In this document: in pieces, positions 1 to 9,160 of the stretch
Position numbering within the stretch: position 1 is the stretch's first letter
How the letters are laid out: each line of letters starts with the position of its first letter
DNA from: an uncultured virus (IMG/VR IMGVR_UViG_3300028048_000131)
Taxonomy: Duplodnaviria > Heunggongvirae > Uroviricota > Caudoviricetes
Direction: 5' to 3' (one strand)
Length of the DNA stretch: 64,000 bases
IMG/VR virus record: IMGVR_UViG_3300028048_000131
Translations under genes and position numbers: made by a program
The notes under the pieces: generated by a model
Databases searched by the model: none
Told to the model about the DNA's origin: nothing
What the model saw: the letters and a program-made list of their open reading frames with translations, nothing else

Positions 1-117
1 AGGAAGCTCTTTGAATGCTTGCTGTACCACTACTTTGATATCTGAAAAAGGATCACAGAAAGGCTCTGCGGAGTCCTTCTTCCTGAGCCTCAGGAAATGT
101 AATTTTTTCTGTTCCAT
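1..117 (-). CDS. 5' part of a hypothetical protein running off the window edge
   Basis: ATG at 117 after an AGGAG RBS; MEQKKITFPEAQEKDS... is open to position 1. Confidence 0.6.
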   Translation of the reverse strand, partial: MEQKKLHFLRLRKKDSAEPFCDPFSDIKVVVQQAFKELP

Positions 118-126
118 CTACACTCC

Positions 127-492
127 TTAACAAGCAATGCGCTTTGCCCAGGACCACATTGTCTTATATTCTTCCTCGTTAGCAATAAAATACTCTTTCT
201 CAGCCAGAGGATGCTTTATCTCACGCATAAGAGCATATATATCTCCCTCGCAATGCGGGCCACGAGGACCCGGTAAATTACCATGAGTATGCCGTCTTCC
301 ACAGACTTGACAAGGTTCAATAAACTGATATGTTTTATCGTGCGCATCTTCACTGCACTTAACTACTAACCACCATTTGCTCTGATCTTTTTTATCTCTA
401 GCATACAGCACAGCATCCGGTTTACCTGATCTACCAGCCTTAATGAAATCATATCCCTTTCGTAGATCTGCTTTAATTTCCTTTGTCCACAT
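127..492 (-). CDS. hypothetical protein with Cys/His motif (CQVCGRRHTHG...HC)
   Basis: ORF 127..558; probable start MWTKE at 492 after an AGGAG RBS. Confidence 0.65.
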   Translation of the reverse strand: MWTKEIKADLRKGYDFIKAGRSGKPDAVLYARDKKDQSKWWLVVKCSEDAHDKTYQFIEPCQVCGRRHTHGNLPGPRGPHCEGDIYALMREIKHPLAEKEYFIANEEEYKTMWSWAKRIAC

Positions 493-505
493 GTCGTTTC
501 TCCTT

Positions 506-1207
506 TCATTTCCAGACCGCCAAAGGGCAGTCCTTTTTAGTTTTCTTACAGAAAGCACAGTCCAGCTGAGGAGTATCGCATTTACTCAGACTCAACCTGG
601 CATCTGCTTTCTTTTTATTAAGTTCCTTCATCTTTGCTGTAGCAGTTATCTCCGCCACCCTTGGACCTGTATTGTCTTCTTCTACAAGACACTTGAAAAA
701 ACATCCTGTAAAATACTCCGCGGAGGCATTATAACTCCTATAGGACAGCCCCAATTCTTTCCCTAAAAGGTACTCCATATAAGCTCTGCTGAGAGTAACT
801 GTGAAGTCCAGTCCTGCGGGATCTCCTATAAGGCACTTCATATGCACCTTCAAAGAAGGCTTCTTGGCTTCGAGCGCTTGGGACACTCCTGTGCAGAGCA
901 TAACTGTATAATACTTATAGCCGTCCCAAAGTGGAGGAGGAACTCCTGCCCACAGCATTCCTCTATAGCTGAAGATCCTGCAGACCACTGACACAAGGAT
1001 GTCTTTACTGAAACTTCTTCCCATATATTGATTTATTATATGGTCAGCAGCCCAGGCTGCATCTCGTGTAGGAAACTTAAACAGCTTGTTCAAGGCACCC
1101 CGGAGCTGCCCCAATAAAGGGGCATCCAGGGTACTGCCATAATTTACTCTAAGTTTCTTGTCTGCAGAATCTATCAGCTTCAGAAGCTTACAAAGCTCAA
1201 CCTTCAT
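506..1207 (-). CDS. hypothetical protein, C-terminal Cys cluster
   Basis: 233-aa ORF in a tightly packed operon. Confidence 0.75.
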   Translation of the reverse strand: MKVELCKLLKLIDSADKKLRVNYGSTLDAPLLGQLRGALNKLFKFPTRDAAWAADHIINQYMGRSFSKDILVSVVCRIFSYRGMLWAGVPPPLWDGYKYYTVMLCTGVSQALEAKKPSLKVHMKCLIGDPAGLDFTVTLSRAYMEYLLGKELGLSYRSYNASAEYFTGCFFKCLVEEDNTGPRVAEITATAKMKELNKKKADARLSLSKCDTPQLDCAFCKKTKKDCPLAVWK

Positions 1208-2156
1208 TTTCCATAAGCTCTAAGCGAGAGAGACTTTCCAGTTCCTGCTTATAATTGGGAAGCAGCTGTGTAAGCTGTTCAATAAGCTCCAAAGCTTCTG
1301 CACAGCTCTCTTTGAAACTTTCCAGGTGCTCTCCAGCTCCAACCACTTCCTTAGGCAGGTAACAGTCCCCTGCAGCCTTAGTAAAGGCATCTACCCGTTT
1401 ATCCTTTGTAAGGTTACGAATAGCTGTCTTAAGCTGCTGTACCTGTTTCTCGGCTTCAACAAACTCGGGTGCTTCATTCGGGAAATTGGAAGCAGCTTCA
1501 ATGAGGTTCAAGTTGGAAGTATCATCTAGTGCCTGATGGCCGTTCTTAAGCGCATCCAGGATCTGCTTTACGGTAGCCCGTGCCTGTTCCCTGATCATGC
1601 TATTGTTGTAATCCGGGATACTGTTGATGTAATTCTGGATAATCTCTCTTCGATATTCATCATCGGGGAGAGCAGCAAGTTGTCGAATAAGTTCCCAGCC
1701 CAGCCCATACATACCAAGAATATAGGCATCTTTCATGGAGAGCCTGTCTCCTACTGCTCTGTACTGATACAGATAAGAGACACTGATACCTGCTGCTTTT
1801 GCCAGCTTGGGAGCAAGATCTTCTCCATAATCAGCTGCTTTAAGACATTTTGAAACCACCCAGCCAAAGTGCCACCGTTTGGCACTGATTGCAGCGGCCT
1901 TCAGCACAGCATCCAGTTTGAAGTCATTATCTGCGGCCTCAATATCGTTAACCACATTCTTGGCATATTTCTCGATCTGTGCCACAGATTTGAAGACTTC
2001 CTTGGGCTGCATCTGCTCATCGAAATCAAATCCCTGGAAGACCTTCTGCATCTCTTTTAGAATGCGGTTATCGGAAAGCTCGTCATACTTAGGCAAAACC
2101 ATAGCTTTGGTACTCAAAGCCACATTATCGGTAGTTTTAATAATATCAGTTTCCAT
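1197..2156 (-). CDS. hypothetical protein, possible HTH (LAKAAGISVSYLYQY)
   Basis: 319-aa ORF with RBS AGGA. Confidence 0.75.
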   Translation of the reverse strand: METDIIKTTDNVALSTKAMVLPKYDELSDNRILKEMQKVFQGFDFDEQMQPKEVFKSVAQIEKYAKNVVNDIEAADNDFKLDAVLKAAAISAKRWHFGWVVSKCLKAADYGEDLAPKLAKAAGISVSYLYQYRAVGDRLSMKDAYILGMYGLGWELIRQLAALPDDEYRREIIQNYINSIPDYNNSMIREQARATVKQILDALKNGHQALDDTSNLNLIEAASNFPNEAPEFVEAEKQVQQLKTAIRNLTKDKRVDAFTKAAGDCYLPKEVVGAGEHLESFKESCAEALELIEQLTQLLPNYKQELESLSRLELMENEG

Positions 2157-2168
2157 TAGTTTCCTTTC

Positions 2169-2510
2169 TTATAACATTCTGAGTCCCATAAACACTTCGT
2201 GGACATCATCGAGACAATCATTCGTAAGCCGAATGCACCACACTTTATAACCATCCTGCTGGAAATGATCTATTACATCTGCAAGTGACAGAAAGTAGTC
2301 TTTCCATTTAGGTTGTCCATTGTTGCCTCCAAAAATACGAACCACATAATGACTATCCTTGGAATCCTTTACCGTAGCTGCTCCTCCATAGGAATAGTTG
2401 TGTGTACTGCAGACAAGCTCCAAGTAATTCTCAATGTCCCCGCTTACAGGTGTACCTTCCTCTCCATGCTTCTTTAGAAGTTCTTCAATGGTCATTCTGG
2501 CAAGCTCCAT
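2169..2510 (-). CDS. hypothetical protein
   Basis: 113-aa ORF in operon. Confidence 0.65.
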   Translation of the reverse strand: MELARMTIEELLKKHGEEGTPVSGDIENYLELVCSTHNYSYGGAATVKDSKDSHYVVRIFGGNNGQPKWKDYFLSLADVIDHFQQDGYKVWCIRLTNDCLDDVHEVFMGLRML

Positions 2511-2716
2511 CCAATTTTCTTCGGCGGCATCCCTTCTACAGCATCTTTATAAGGCTTAGTTGTAGGCCTGAAGGCATTTCTCCCTGTTTTGGTATACACT
2601 TCTCTTTTTACTGTATCACAAGCTTCTTTTTGATTCTTCGCCAGAATATTAATGTAATAAGCGTCTTCCTTGGAATTCATTTTGATTGTGTAATAGATAC
2701 GATAACTTTTCTCCAT
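2492..2716 (-). CDS. hypothetical protein
   Basis: 74-aa ORF with AGGAG RBS. Confidence 0.65.
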   Translation of the reverse strand: MEKSYRIYYTIKMNSKEDAYYINILAKNQKEACDTVKREVYTKTGRNAFRPTTKPYKDAVEGMPPKKIGWSLPE

Positions 2717-2943
2717 ACTACTCCTTTGTTAAAAACTCTTTCCAGCTGACTGCAGGAAACTTTCTCCTACCATGCGGTTCCAGACCTGTAAGCTTCTGGT
2801 AGCTGGTTGGGTGTTAACCCACCCAGCTTCGGAAGCTGAAGCGTCTGGAGGAAGCTGGGTAGGATATACAGTCTTTATATAGCTGACTGATAGATCAAAG
2901 AACCTTCGAATAAGTCTTAACCTGAGCCAGCTGGAAAGAGTGG

Positions 2944-3180
2944 TTATGCGGATTTTACTTGTTTTACGAAATCAGGTTCTTCCAGGATAGGAAGTCCCTG
3001 CTCATCCCATTTAAGATCTCCCCACTCAGTACCTCCCTTATCCCAGTGCAGGGACAATGAGCTCTCACACTTGAGTTTCACATCCGGGAAGACCCTGCTG
3101 CCAGGTTCCAACCAGAGTTGCTCTACAAGAGGTACTAATGTACGGACTTCATGGGGATAAAGATAGTAGTCAATTTCGTC
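2944..3180 (-). CDS. polA: DNA polymerase family A, exon 3
   Basis: Begins GAC GAA ATT (DEI), completing motif C FVH|DEI; reads DEIDYYLYPHEVRTLVPLVE...KQVKSA then TAA; absent from the ORF track. Confidence 0.85.
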   Translation of the reverse strand, partial: DEIDYYLYPHEVRTLVPLVEQLWLEPGSRVFPDVKLKCESSLSLHWDKGGTEWGDLKWDEQGLPILEEPDFVKQVKSA

Positions 3181-3427
3181 CTTATTTGGATCATATCATC
3201 TTCTCGGTTTCCCAAGAAGGAGCGCTTCGGGAGCTTCTTACAGCTCCCTACTCTACTGAGTGATTAACTTTTCGATGATCTCTGAACCTTTTCCGGGCTC
3301 CTTAGAAGTTCCTTATTAAGAAACTCCCTTAGGAGATCCCCCTGATCGGCTGCTGATTATCAGCTCCTGTTAAGAGCTGCCTTCCAGCAATTCACTTTCT
3401 TTTACGTGCACGACAAAGGACTATTAC
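3181..3427 (-). mobile_element. group I intron 2 in polA (247 nt, no ORF)
   Basis: P1 CGTGCAT/GTGCACG with U.G after CAT; core elements AATTGCTGGAA, AATCAGCAGCC, TTCAGAGATCA, AAGATGATATGATCC; ends in G; P10 TTTGTC pairs with GACGAA; removal restores FVHDEI. Confidence 0.9.
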
Positions 3428-4076
3428 ATGCACGAAGCAAAACAATCTGTCACCCAGTCCTGCGCTTTCCAAATTCCACAGAGCTTCCTTTGCTAGGTGA
3501 GCCACGGGGTTCTGGAAGTCACAATTACAAGCTGCATTCTGAGTTGCTCTGTTTCTAACGAAACCTGTTATGGTTTGTGCTCTGAAGAGCTTTCTGGTTT
3601 TCCTTTTTTCCTTGAAAGGATCTTCTTCAAGTTCAACACCCTCACCTATTTCAGTCTTTATACCATATCTTGCATAAGGGTCGAACTTAATAGCAGGTCT
3701 TGAATTAAAGTGTTCATTCATTTCAGGGAAAGTAGATAACCAGCAGTTTAGAAGATCTTCTGCCTCCTTCCTGGTTACTTTCAAACCGTTTTCTCGCAGA
3801 TGTTGATAGAGCCTGGCTGGCCCCATACACCCAGGACATCCGAAATTAACCGCCTTTGCTACCTGTCTCTGCTCCTTTGTAACATGTTCCTTAAGGAAAG
3901 CTTTCATTTCTTTCACCTTTTCAGGATCTTTACAAAAGGATACATCAGGTTCTATGATGCCTAGAATAACACCCTCGAAAAAGTAATGAGGGCACACATC
4001 TGCATTGATAATATCTGCCAGTACACTATGCCCATACTTAGTAAGACAGTTCTGGGCAAGTGCTACAAGCTCTGCG
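3428..4076 (-). CDS. polA: DNA polymerase family A, exon 2
   Basis: AELVALAQ (end of motif A), RQVAKAVNFG (motif B), NCDFQ, FCFVH (start of motif C). Confidence 0.88.
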
Positions 4077-4769
4077 TTAATCGACAAAAATCCAACAAGG
4101 ATGTTTTACTTTGTTTTTGGCGTGTCTTAGAATAGAACCACGATCCATACCAGTCTACCTTGATGCCTAAGCTGCACTTTTGTACTACTTTTGTGTAATG
4201 AGATTTTTAACTCTCATATTTCTACCTAACTGATATTCACTGTGCTGCTTCCAGTAAACCTAGTATTGCTATAAAGGAATCTAAGGATATCTGAAATGAC
4301 TACCTTTGGTCTGCTTTAGACGCATTCTACAACAATCGCAGATATCGCTTCTGCAAAGACCTGTTTTTCTAGCTGCCTATGAAGCAGAAAAGTACTATAT
4401 ACCAGTCTAATGATGGATCACTGAATGATTACGATAGTTACTCTCTTGCCACTTTCTTCGTAACTCCTCAGTTGGTACTACGCCCTATCCACCCTAGCTG
4501 ATATTATAGCTTTTACCTTTTGCTCTATACTAAGCAATCAGCTAAATCTATTTTGCATCCAATTCTTCCTTACTTTGCAACTAACAAAGCGTCTATACAG
4601 TGAAGTTCTAAACTCCATACTTATTGATCATTCTACCTATATAGCATTTACCGTATTTTGCATGATTTATATGTTGTTTCCATCTGGCCTATACGGTGCG
4701 AGTAGTCTGACCAATATAAACACCCTATTTACCGGGTACATTACATGTGATTTTATAAATATATCCCAT
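4077..4769 (-). CDS. intron-encoded GIY-YIG homing endonuclease with NUMOD1-like repeats (19 in-frame TAG)
   Basis: GAGGTG RBS; MGYIYKITC...VYIGQTTRTV*ARW...KYGV*NFTV*TLC*LQSKEELDAK*I*LIA*Y...YNIS*GG*G...S*AARKTG; 230 aa ending TAA. Confidence 0.88.
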
Positions 4770-5027
4770 TTAACACCTCAACGTAATATATTTCCTTGTT
4801 GTTTATTATCAATATGGATCATATCATCTTCTCAGTTTCCCGAGAAGGAGCGCTTCGGGCTTACGCCCTACTCTACTGAGTGTTTGAACTTTTCGATGAT
4901 CTCTGAACCTTTTCCGGGCTCCATAGAGTAAACTCCTTAGGAGATCCCCCTGATCGGCTGCTGATTATCAGCTCCTGTTAAGAGCTGCCTTCCAGCAATT
5001 CACTTTCTTTAGACAGCTCCGCAGTTG
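4077..5027 (-). mobile_element. group I intron 1 in polA carrying a GIY-YIG endonuclease ORF in P9
   Basis: P1 ACAGCTT/GAGCTGT with U.G; same catalytic core as intron 2; CAACAAGGA/TCCTTGTTG and ATTGATAA/TTGTCGAT stems enclose the ORF; removal restores DYSFAEL; exact 3' end uncertain (see findings). Confidence 0.85.
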
Positions 5028-6658
5028 AAGCTGTAGTCACAAGCAACCAGAATAGTTCCATCTGGTGGCTTGAACATATTTTTCAGCGGGTACCTCTTAT
5101 CATGCGAGGGTAGCTGTTGACAGTTGATACCTGTAGCCGAGGTTCTTCCGGTTGCCACTATTCCATATCTTGGATGTACTTTTCCGTCTAATCTTATAAA
5201 AGCTCTGTTACAATAAGTGCTCAAATACTTCTGCACGTGGACAAAATTCATATAACAGTCCAGGAACGGATCCTTTACATCGAAGTCTCCTAGAATCCAG
5301 CCATCCTTCTTAGAGCACTTCAACAGCCCTGTCTTCTCAGTCCTTGCAAATTGTAATCCAGGATGCTCCTGCTCAAGCTTCTTCAAATGAGCCTGAATAA
5401 AATCCTGAGGTTTTATAGGAGGCTCTTCAGCAAACCAGTCCGGATGTTCCTGCACATACTCGTCAAGACCCTCCTTCATGCTCTCATAACTAAGTCCGTT
5501 CTCATAAGTTATACTGAGAAAGTCATCCAGGAACTTCTTCAGTAATAATGGGAAGACACACCTCTTTTTAGAAGCATCGCACGGGACCAGGAAGTCACAA
5601 TCCTCAGTAAGCTCGTCCCAGCTCTCTTTTTCACCTTTACTGAGAGTACTCTTTTCCTGTACCATCAGTGCAGTAAAGAGTCTTGCCAGAGCCGATTTAT
5701 CCTGCTTATTCTTTAACTCCTCAAGTCCGTACAGCAGAAGCCTCTTACAAGTAGTCTTTCCCGGAATATCCTTAGGTACCTTATAATCCTCTTCATAGAA
5801 GTTCTGGAAGTAGCTTGAAATATAATCTTTCCAGCCTTCTTCTAGGATTTCCATCTCGGTCTTCTCTTTCTTCTTCAAAGGATCAGGAAAGCCGAACTGA
5901 ATAAGCTGCTGCCTGTAAGTTTCCATATCGGTTTTCAGCAGATTCTCACAATAATCGAACATCTGCTTGTCAACTTCCATGCCGTTATTACTGATATGGG
6001 AAAGCACTATAGAACCCAGTGTATGGGTATCTTCCGTAGCTTGAGGGCCCATAAGATGACCCGCCATATAGGTAGTAGCACAGTCTATGCCCAGATAACC
6101 GCACTCTTCTTCTGTAAGATCTTTTCCCCTCCTGAAGTTCAGCCTTACAGAAGCATCGCCCTCATCTTCATGCTTGTTAATCCCATACGCAAGGTGCCAC
6201 TTACAAGCGTCCTTCAGCGAATATGTCATTATATAACCTATAGTGGCAATCTCTTTGAGAGCGCCCCTTATAAGGATATCTATAACGCGCCTGTCTGAAG
6301 CTGCCTGCTGAAGTTCCTCCGACCAGAGCTCGTAGTAATCGAATCCCGCATTAGCAAAGTATATGACAGTGTCCCTGATAAGAATCTCATGCATGAATTC
6401 CTGGGCATCTTCCCAGGAGACTATATAGCACTTGTTATCAAGAGGATTATACACACCCAGCACTACCAACGGAGGTGTTCTGCAGGTATCTGTAATGAGC
6501 TCGGTTTCTGTATCTATACCCAGTTCCTTACCAAACTTCGGCAATGGATCTCCGTGCTTCCACCTTACAGTCTCAAACTCAAGAGTCGCATATTGCAGCT
6601 CCTTTTTCTCTGTGAGAGCTTTATAGGCATTCTTCGCATACTTGATTTCGACATTCAA
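5028..6658 (-). CDS. polA: DNA polymerase family A, exon 1 (3'-5' exonuclease and start of polymerase domain)
   Basis: Exo motifs GIDTET, NAGFD, YLGID; ATGRTS, NCQQLP, motif A start ILVACDYS; spliced total about 838 aa. Confidence 0.9.
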
Positions 6659-7161
6659 AAAAGTCTCACCTTACCTTTCAGATTGTCTGCCCACTGCCAA
6701 TAGATATCATTCAGCTTTCCCTGACTCTGGAACTTATGGATGAACTTACCGGGGACCACCAAAGGAATAGCATTGGACATGACAATCGCTTTTGTGTTTA
6801 CTACGTAGAAAGAAGTGACTTCTCCTTTGTCCTGCACATCCTGGAGGAACAGATTGAAAATCACACTTCCCTCCATCTCCATTATGGACTTGACAAAATC
6901 ATCTTTCTTCACTTTATGAATGGCTGTCTGCGGCAGCCCCAGCACTTGAAGCAGTTCATTTCCTGTCTGTGGATTATATTGAAAAAGGGCGCCTTTTACA
7001 GCGCCCTTGGTTTCAGCGAAAAACTGCCAGTTATTAACGATGAAGTCCTTTTCGATGCTGAAACTTTGCTCTTTCGCTAGTTCCTTCTTTTCGGACCTCA
7101 TCGCCTTGATGAGTTCTCTGTTCAGCATGTAGCTATCAGCCTGCCTCCACATTCCGGACAA
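6655..7161 (-). CDS. hypothetical protein
   Basis: 168-aa ORF whose stop overlaps the polA start. Confidence 0.7.
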   Translation of the reverse strand: MSGMWRQADSYMLNRELIKAMRSEKKELAKEQSFSIEKDFIVNNWQFFAETKGAVKGALFQYNPQTGNELLQVLGLPQTAIHKVKKDDFVKSIMEMEGSVIFNLFLQDVQDKGEVTSFYVVNTKAIVMSNAIPLVVPGKFIHKFQSQGKLNDIYWQWADNLKGKVRLF

Positions 7162-7856
7162 TGCGCTTCCCAGTGCTCTTCATTATTAACCATCCAGATC
7201 TTACCTGGTGTGCGCTTATCCGACCAGTCTTTCTTGTCGAATTTGAAAGAAGTGCTGTCTGTCTCAAATTCAAAATCAGGACAGCCATTCTCACAATCCA
7301 AATAAGTTACCGGAAACATAAAACCATAATAATCAGGCGTATTAAATACTTTTGGAGAAGAGTAGCCCCATCTTGCAGCTGCTCCATTATGGGAACAAAC
7401 GATGAAGTAATCACAGGTATCATCCCAGGGATCTATAAAGTGTGTATAACAGAAGCAGCCATCCAGAATACTGTCATGGTTGTATGTATTGTCGCTGCCG
7501 CAAAGTAAATACCCTTTCATAGTCTTTACAAACTTCTCAAACATATCTGTATTGACTTGCGGCTCTTCACCCTGTTTCCTGAAGAACCTGTTAAGCTTCC
7601 TTGTAAGATCCGCTTCATAGTGCAGATGCTGACACATATGATGGTACATACTTTTGGTAATCATACCATCCAGCGAACCGTCTGTCCCATATACCCAGTC
7701 GAGCTTCATCACAGGATCTTCTTCAAGATTCCTTTTTCTGCGATATTCATATTGATAACCAAAGTAACTACCGGAATCAACAATGCTCTTCCCACAGCCT
7801 TCAGTCAGCATCTTGCGGATGACTGTTTGAATTCGCATCAGCAGCTCCTTTCGCAA
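7122..7856 (-). CDS. hypothetical protein with C-terminal CPECG zinc ribbon (start uncertain)
   Basis: 244-aa ORF in operon. Confidence 0.7.
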   Translation of the reverse strand: MRKELLMRIQTVIRKMLTEGCGKSIVDSGSYFGYQYEYRRKRNLEEDPVMKLDWVYGTDGSLDGMITKSMYHHMCQHLHYEADLTRKLNRFFRKQGEEPQVNTDMFEKFVKTMKGYLLCGSDNTYNHDSILDGCFCYTHFIDPWDDTCDYFIVCSHNGAAARWGYSSPKVFNTPDYYGFMFPVTYLDCENGCPDFEFETDSTSFKFDKKDWSDKRTPGKIWMVNNEEHWEAHCPECGGRLIATC

Positions 7857-9159
7857 GTTCTTTAAGGGCTTTCATGGAACTGGCTGCGGACGCTTTTCGT
7901 GCCTTTGCTTCTCGCTTTTCCTGCTTAGCCGCTTCTTTAGCTTTCTCAGCAGCAACTCTGGCTTCCTGCTCAGCTTTCTTCTCTGCTTTCTCAGCTTCTT
8001 TTGCTGCAGCTGCTGTGTTGCTTCTTTTAGCAACAAATTCCGGATACTCTGATGGAAGCTTGATACGCTCGATCTTGTGGTACTTATAGAGGTCGTCCAG
8101 TGTAGCATCGTTCTCAGGAGCAAACAGAGCTGTCTCAAACTCTTCCGGAGTAACCTTGTCAAGTCCGAACTGTTTGCACGTTACTAACCCCTGATCGTTC
8201 ATTTTTACATCTATGATGTCTCTGAGATTGCCTACGATCTTAGGAGCTGCCAGACATCTCGCTGTTGCCTCTGCAAACTGCCATTTGTGCCCCTGAGATT
8301 CTTCCTCGAGGTCCCCGAACTGATCCCAAGTAAACTTGGCTTCGATCTGTCTTGCATCTGCAAACCCGTTAAGAGCTGTCTTGATGCGCACGATCTTGCC
8401 GTTACCATTGGGAAGCTGTCCCATAAGAGAGAATGACAGAAGTGTTCCTGCTTTGAAAAGCTGAGAGTCGCCTCCTCCATAGGACTTCTGTGCGGCGGCA
8501 AAAGGTGAACGAGCACCATCTGAAACTTTCTCTTTTTCTTGCAGTACTCCTACGAATACCACTGGAAGCAGCCCCCTCAGGCCCACCCAGTTTTCACTGA
8601 AGTGCTTCATGATATGCGCCTTGGAGAAGAAACCTTTACTCACTACCTCTCCTCCTTCCAGCTTACCAGTAACATCTTCAGTGGCTGCGCCAGAGATTGA
8701 ATCCCAGTCTATCATTAAGGGAGTATCATATGCTTCCGCTTTCTTGAAGTTCTTCAACACTTTCTCTGTAAGGTGTTTTTCAGCACCATCCAGAGTAAGC
8801 CCTGTAAGAATCTGGAAAGGACCTGAGCCATCCAACCAGTCTTCATGATCTGAGAACATACTATAGATAAGTGTCGGAGAGGCTTTCCCTTCCAGCTCAT
8901 ACAGGAAAGAGATGCCTTCATTCTCACAACACAAATGTGCCAGAAAGAACGCGAAAGGACTTTTACATGACTTGGGCTTGCCCGCCATTAGATAGAAGCC
9001 GCCATAACGCAAACCGGTACTTCCAAATAGATACTGCAGACAATAATGCTTCAGAGGAATTCCAAATTGAGCTTCTTTAAAGTCGTTGATAGACATGGCA
9101 ATGCCGCCATCGGCCTTCTTCACAGAAGCCAATAAATCAGCTATCATGTTCTTTGCCAT
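7801..9159 (-). CDS. RecA/UvsX-like recombinase
   Basis: Walker A-like AGKPKSCKS, YELE, Walker B-like IDWDSI, GGG motif; Lys/Ala/Glu-rich tail. Confidence 0.75.
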   Translation of the reverse strand: MAKNMIADLLASVKKADGGIAMSINDFKEAQFGIPLKHYCLQYLFGSTGLRYGGFYLMAGKPKSCKSPFAFFLAHLCCENEGISFLYELEGKASPTLIYSMFSDHEDWLDGSGPFQILTGLTLDGAEKHLTEKVLKNFKKAEAYDTPLMIDWDSISGAATEDVTGKLEGGEVVSKGFFSKAHIMKHFSENWVGLRGLLPVVFVGVLQEKEKVSDGARSPFAAAQKSYGGGDSQLFKAGTLLSFSLMGQLPNGNGKIVRIKTALNGFADARQIEAKFTWDQFGDLEEESQGHKWQFAEATARCLAAPKIVGNLRDIIDVKMNDQGLVTCKQFGLDKVTPEEFETALFAPENDATLDDLYKYHKIERIKLPSEYPEFVAKRSNTAAAAKEAEKAEKKAEQEARVAAEKAKEAAKQEKREAKARKASAASSMKALKELAKGAADANSNSHPQDAD

Positions 9160-9160
9160 A

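Noticed and set aside
4575..4931. 118-aa plus-strand ORF
   Set aside because: Antisense to the intron core and its endonuclease.
3187..5009. Direct repeats as transposon ends or att sites
   Set aside because: Both copies are group I intron catalytic cores with proper P1 helices.
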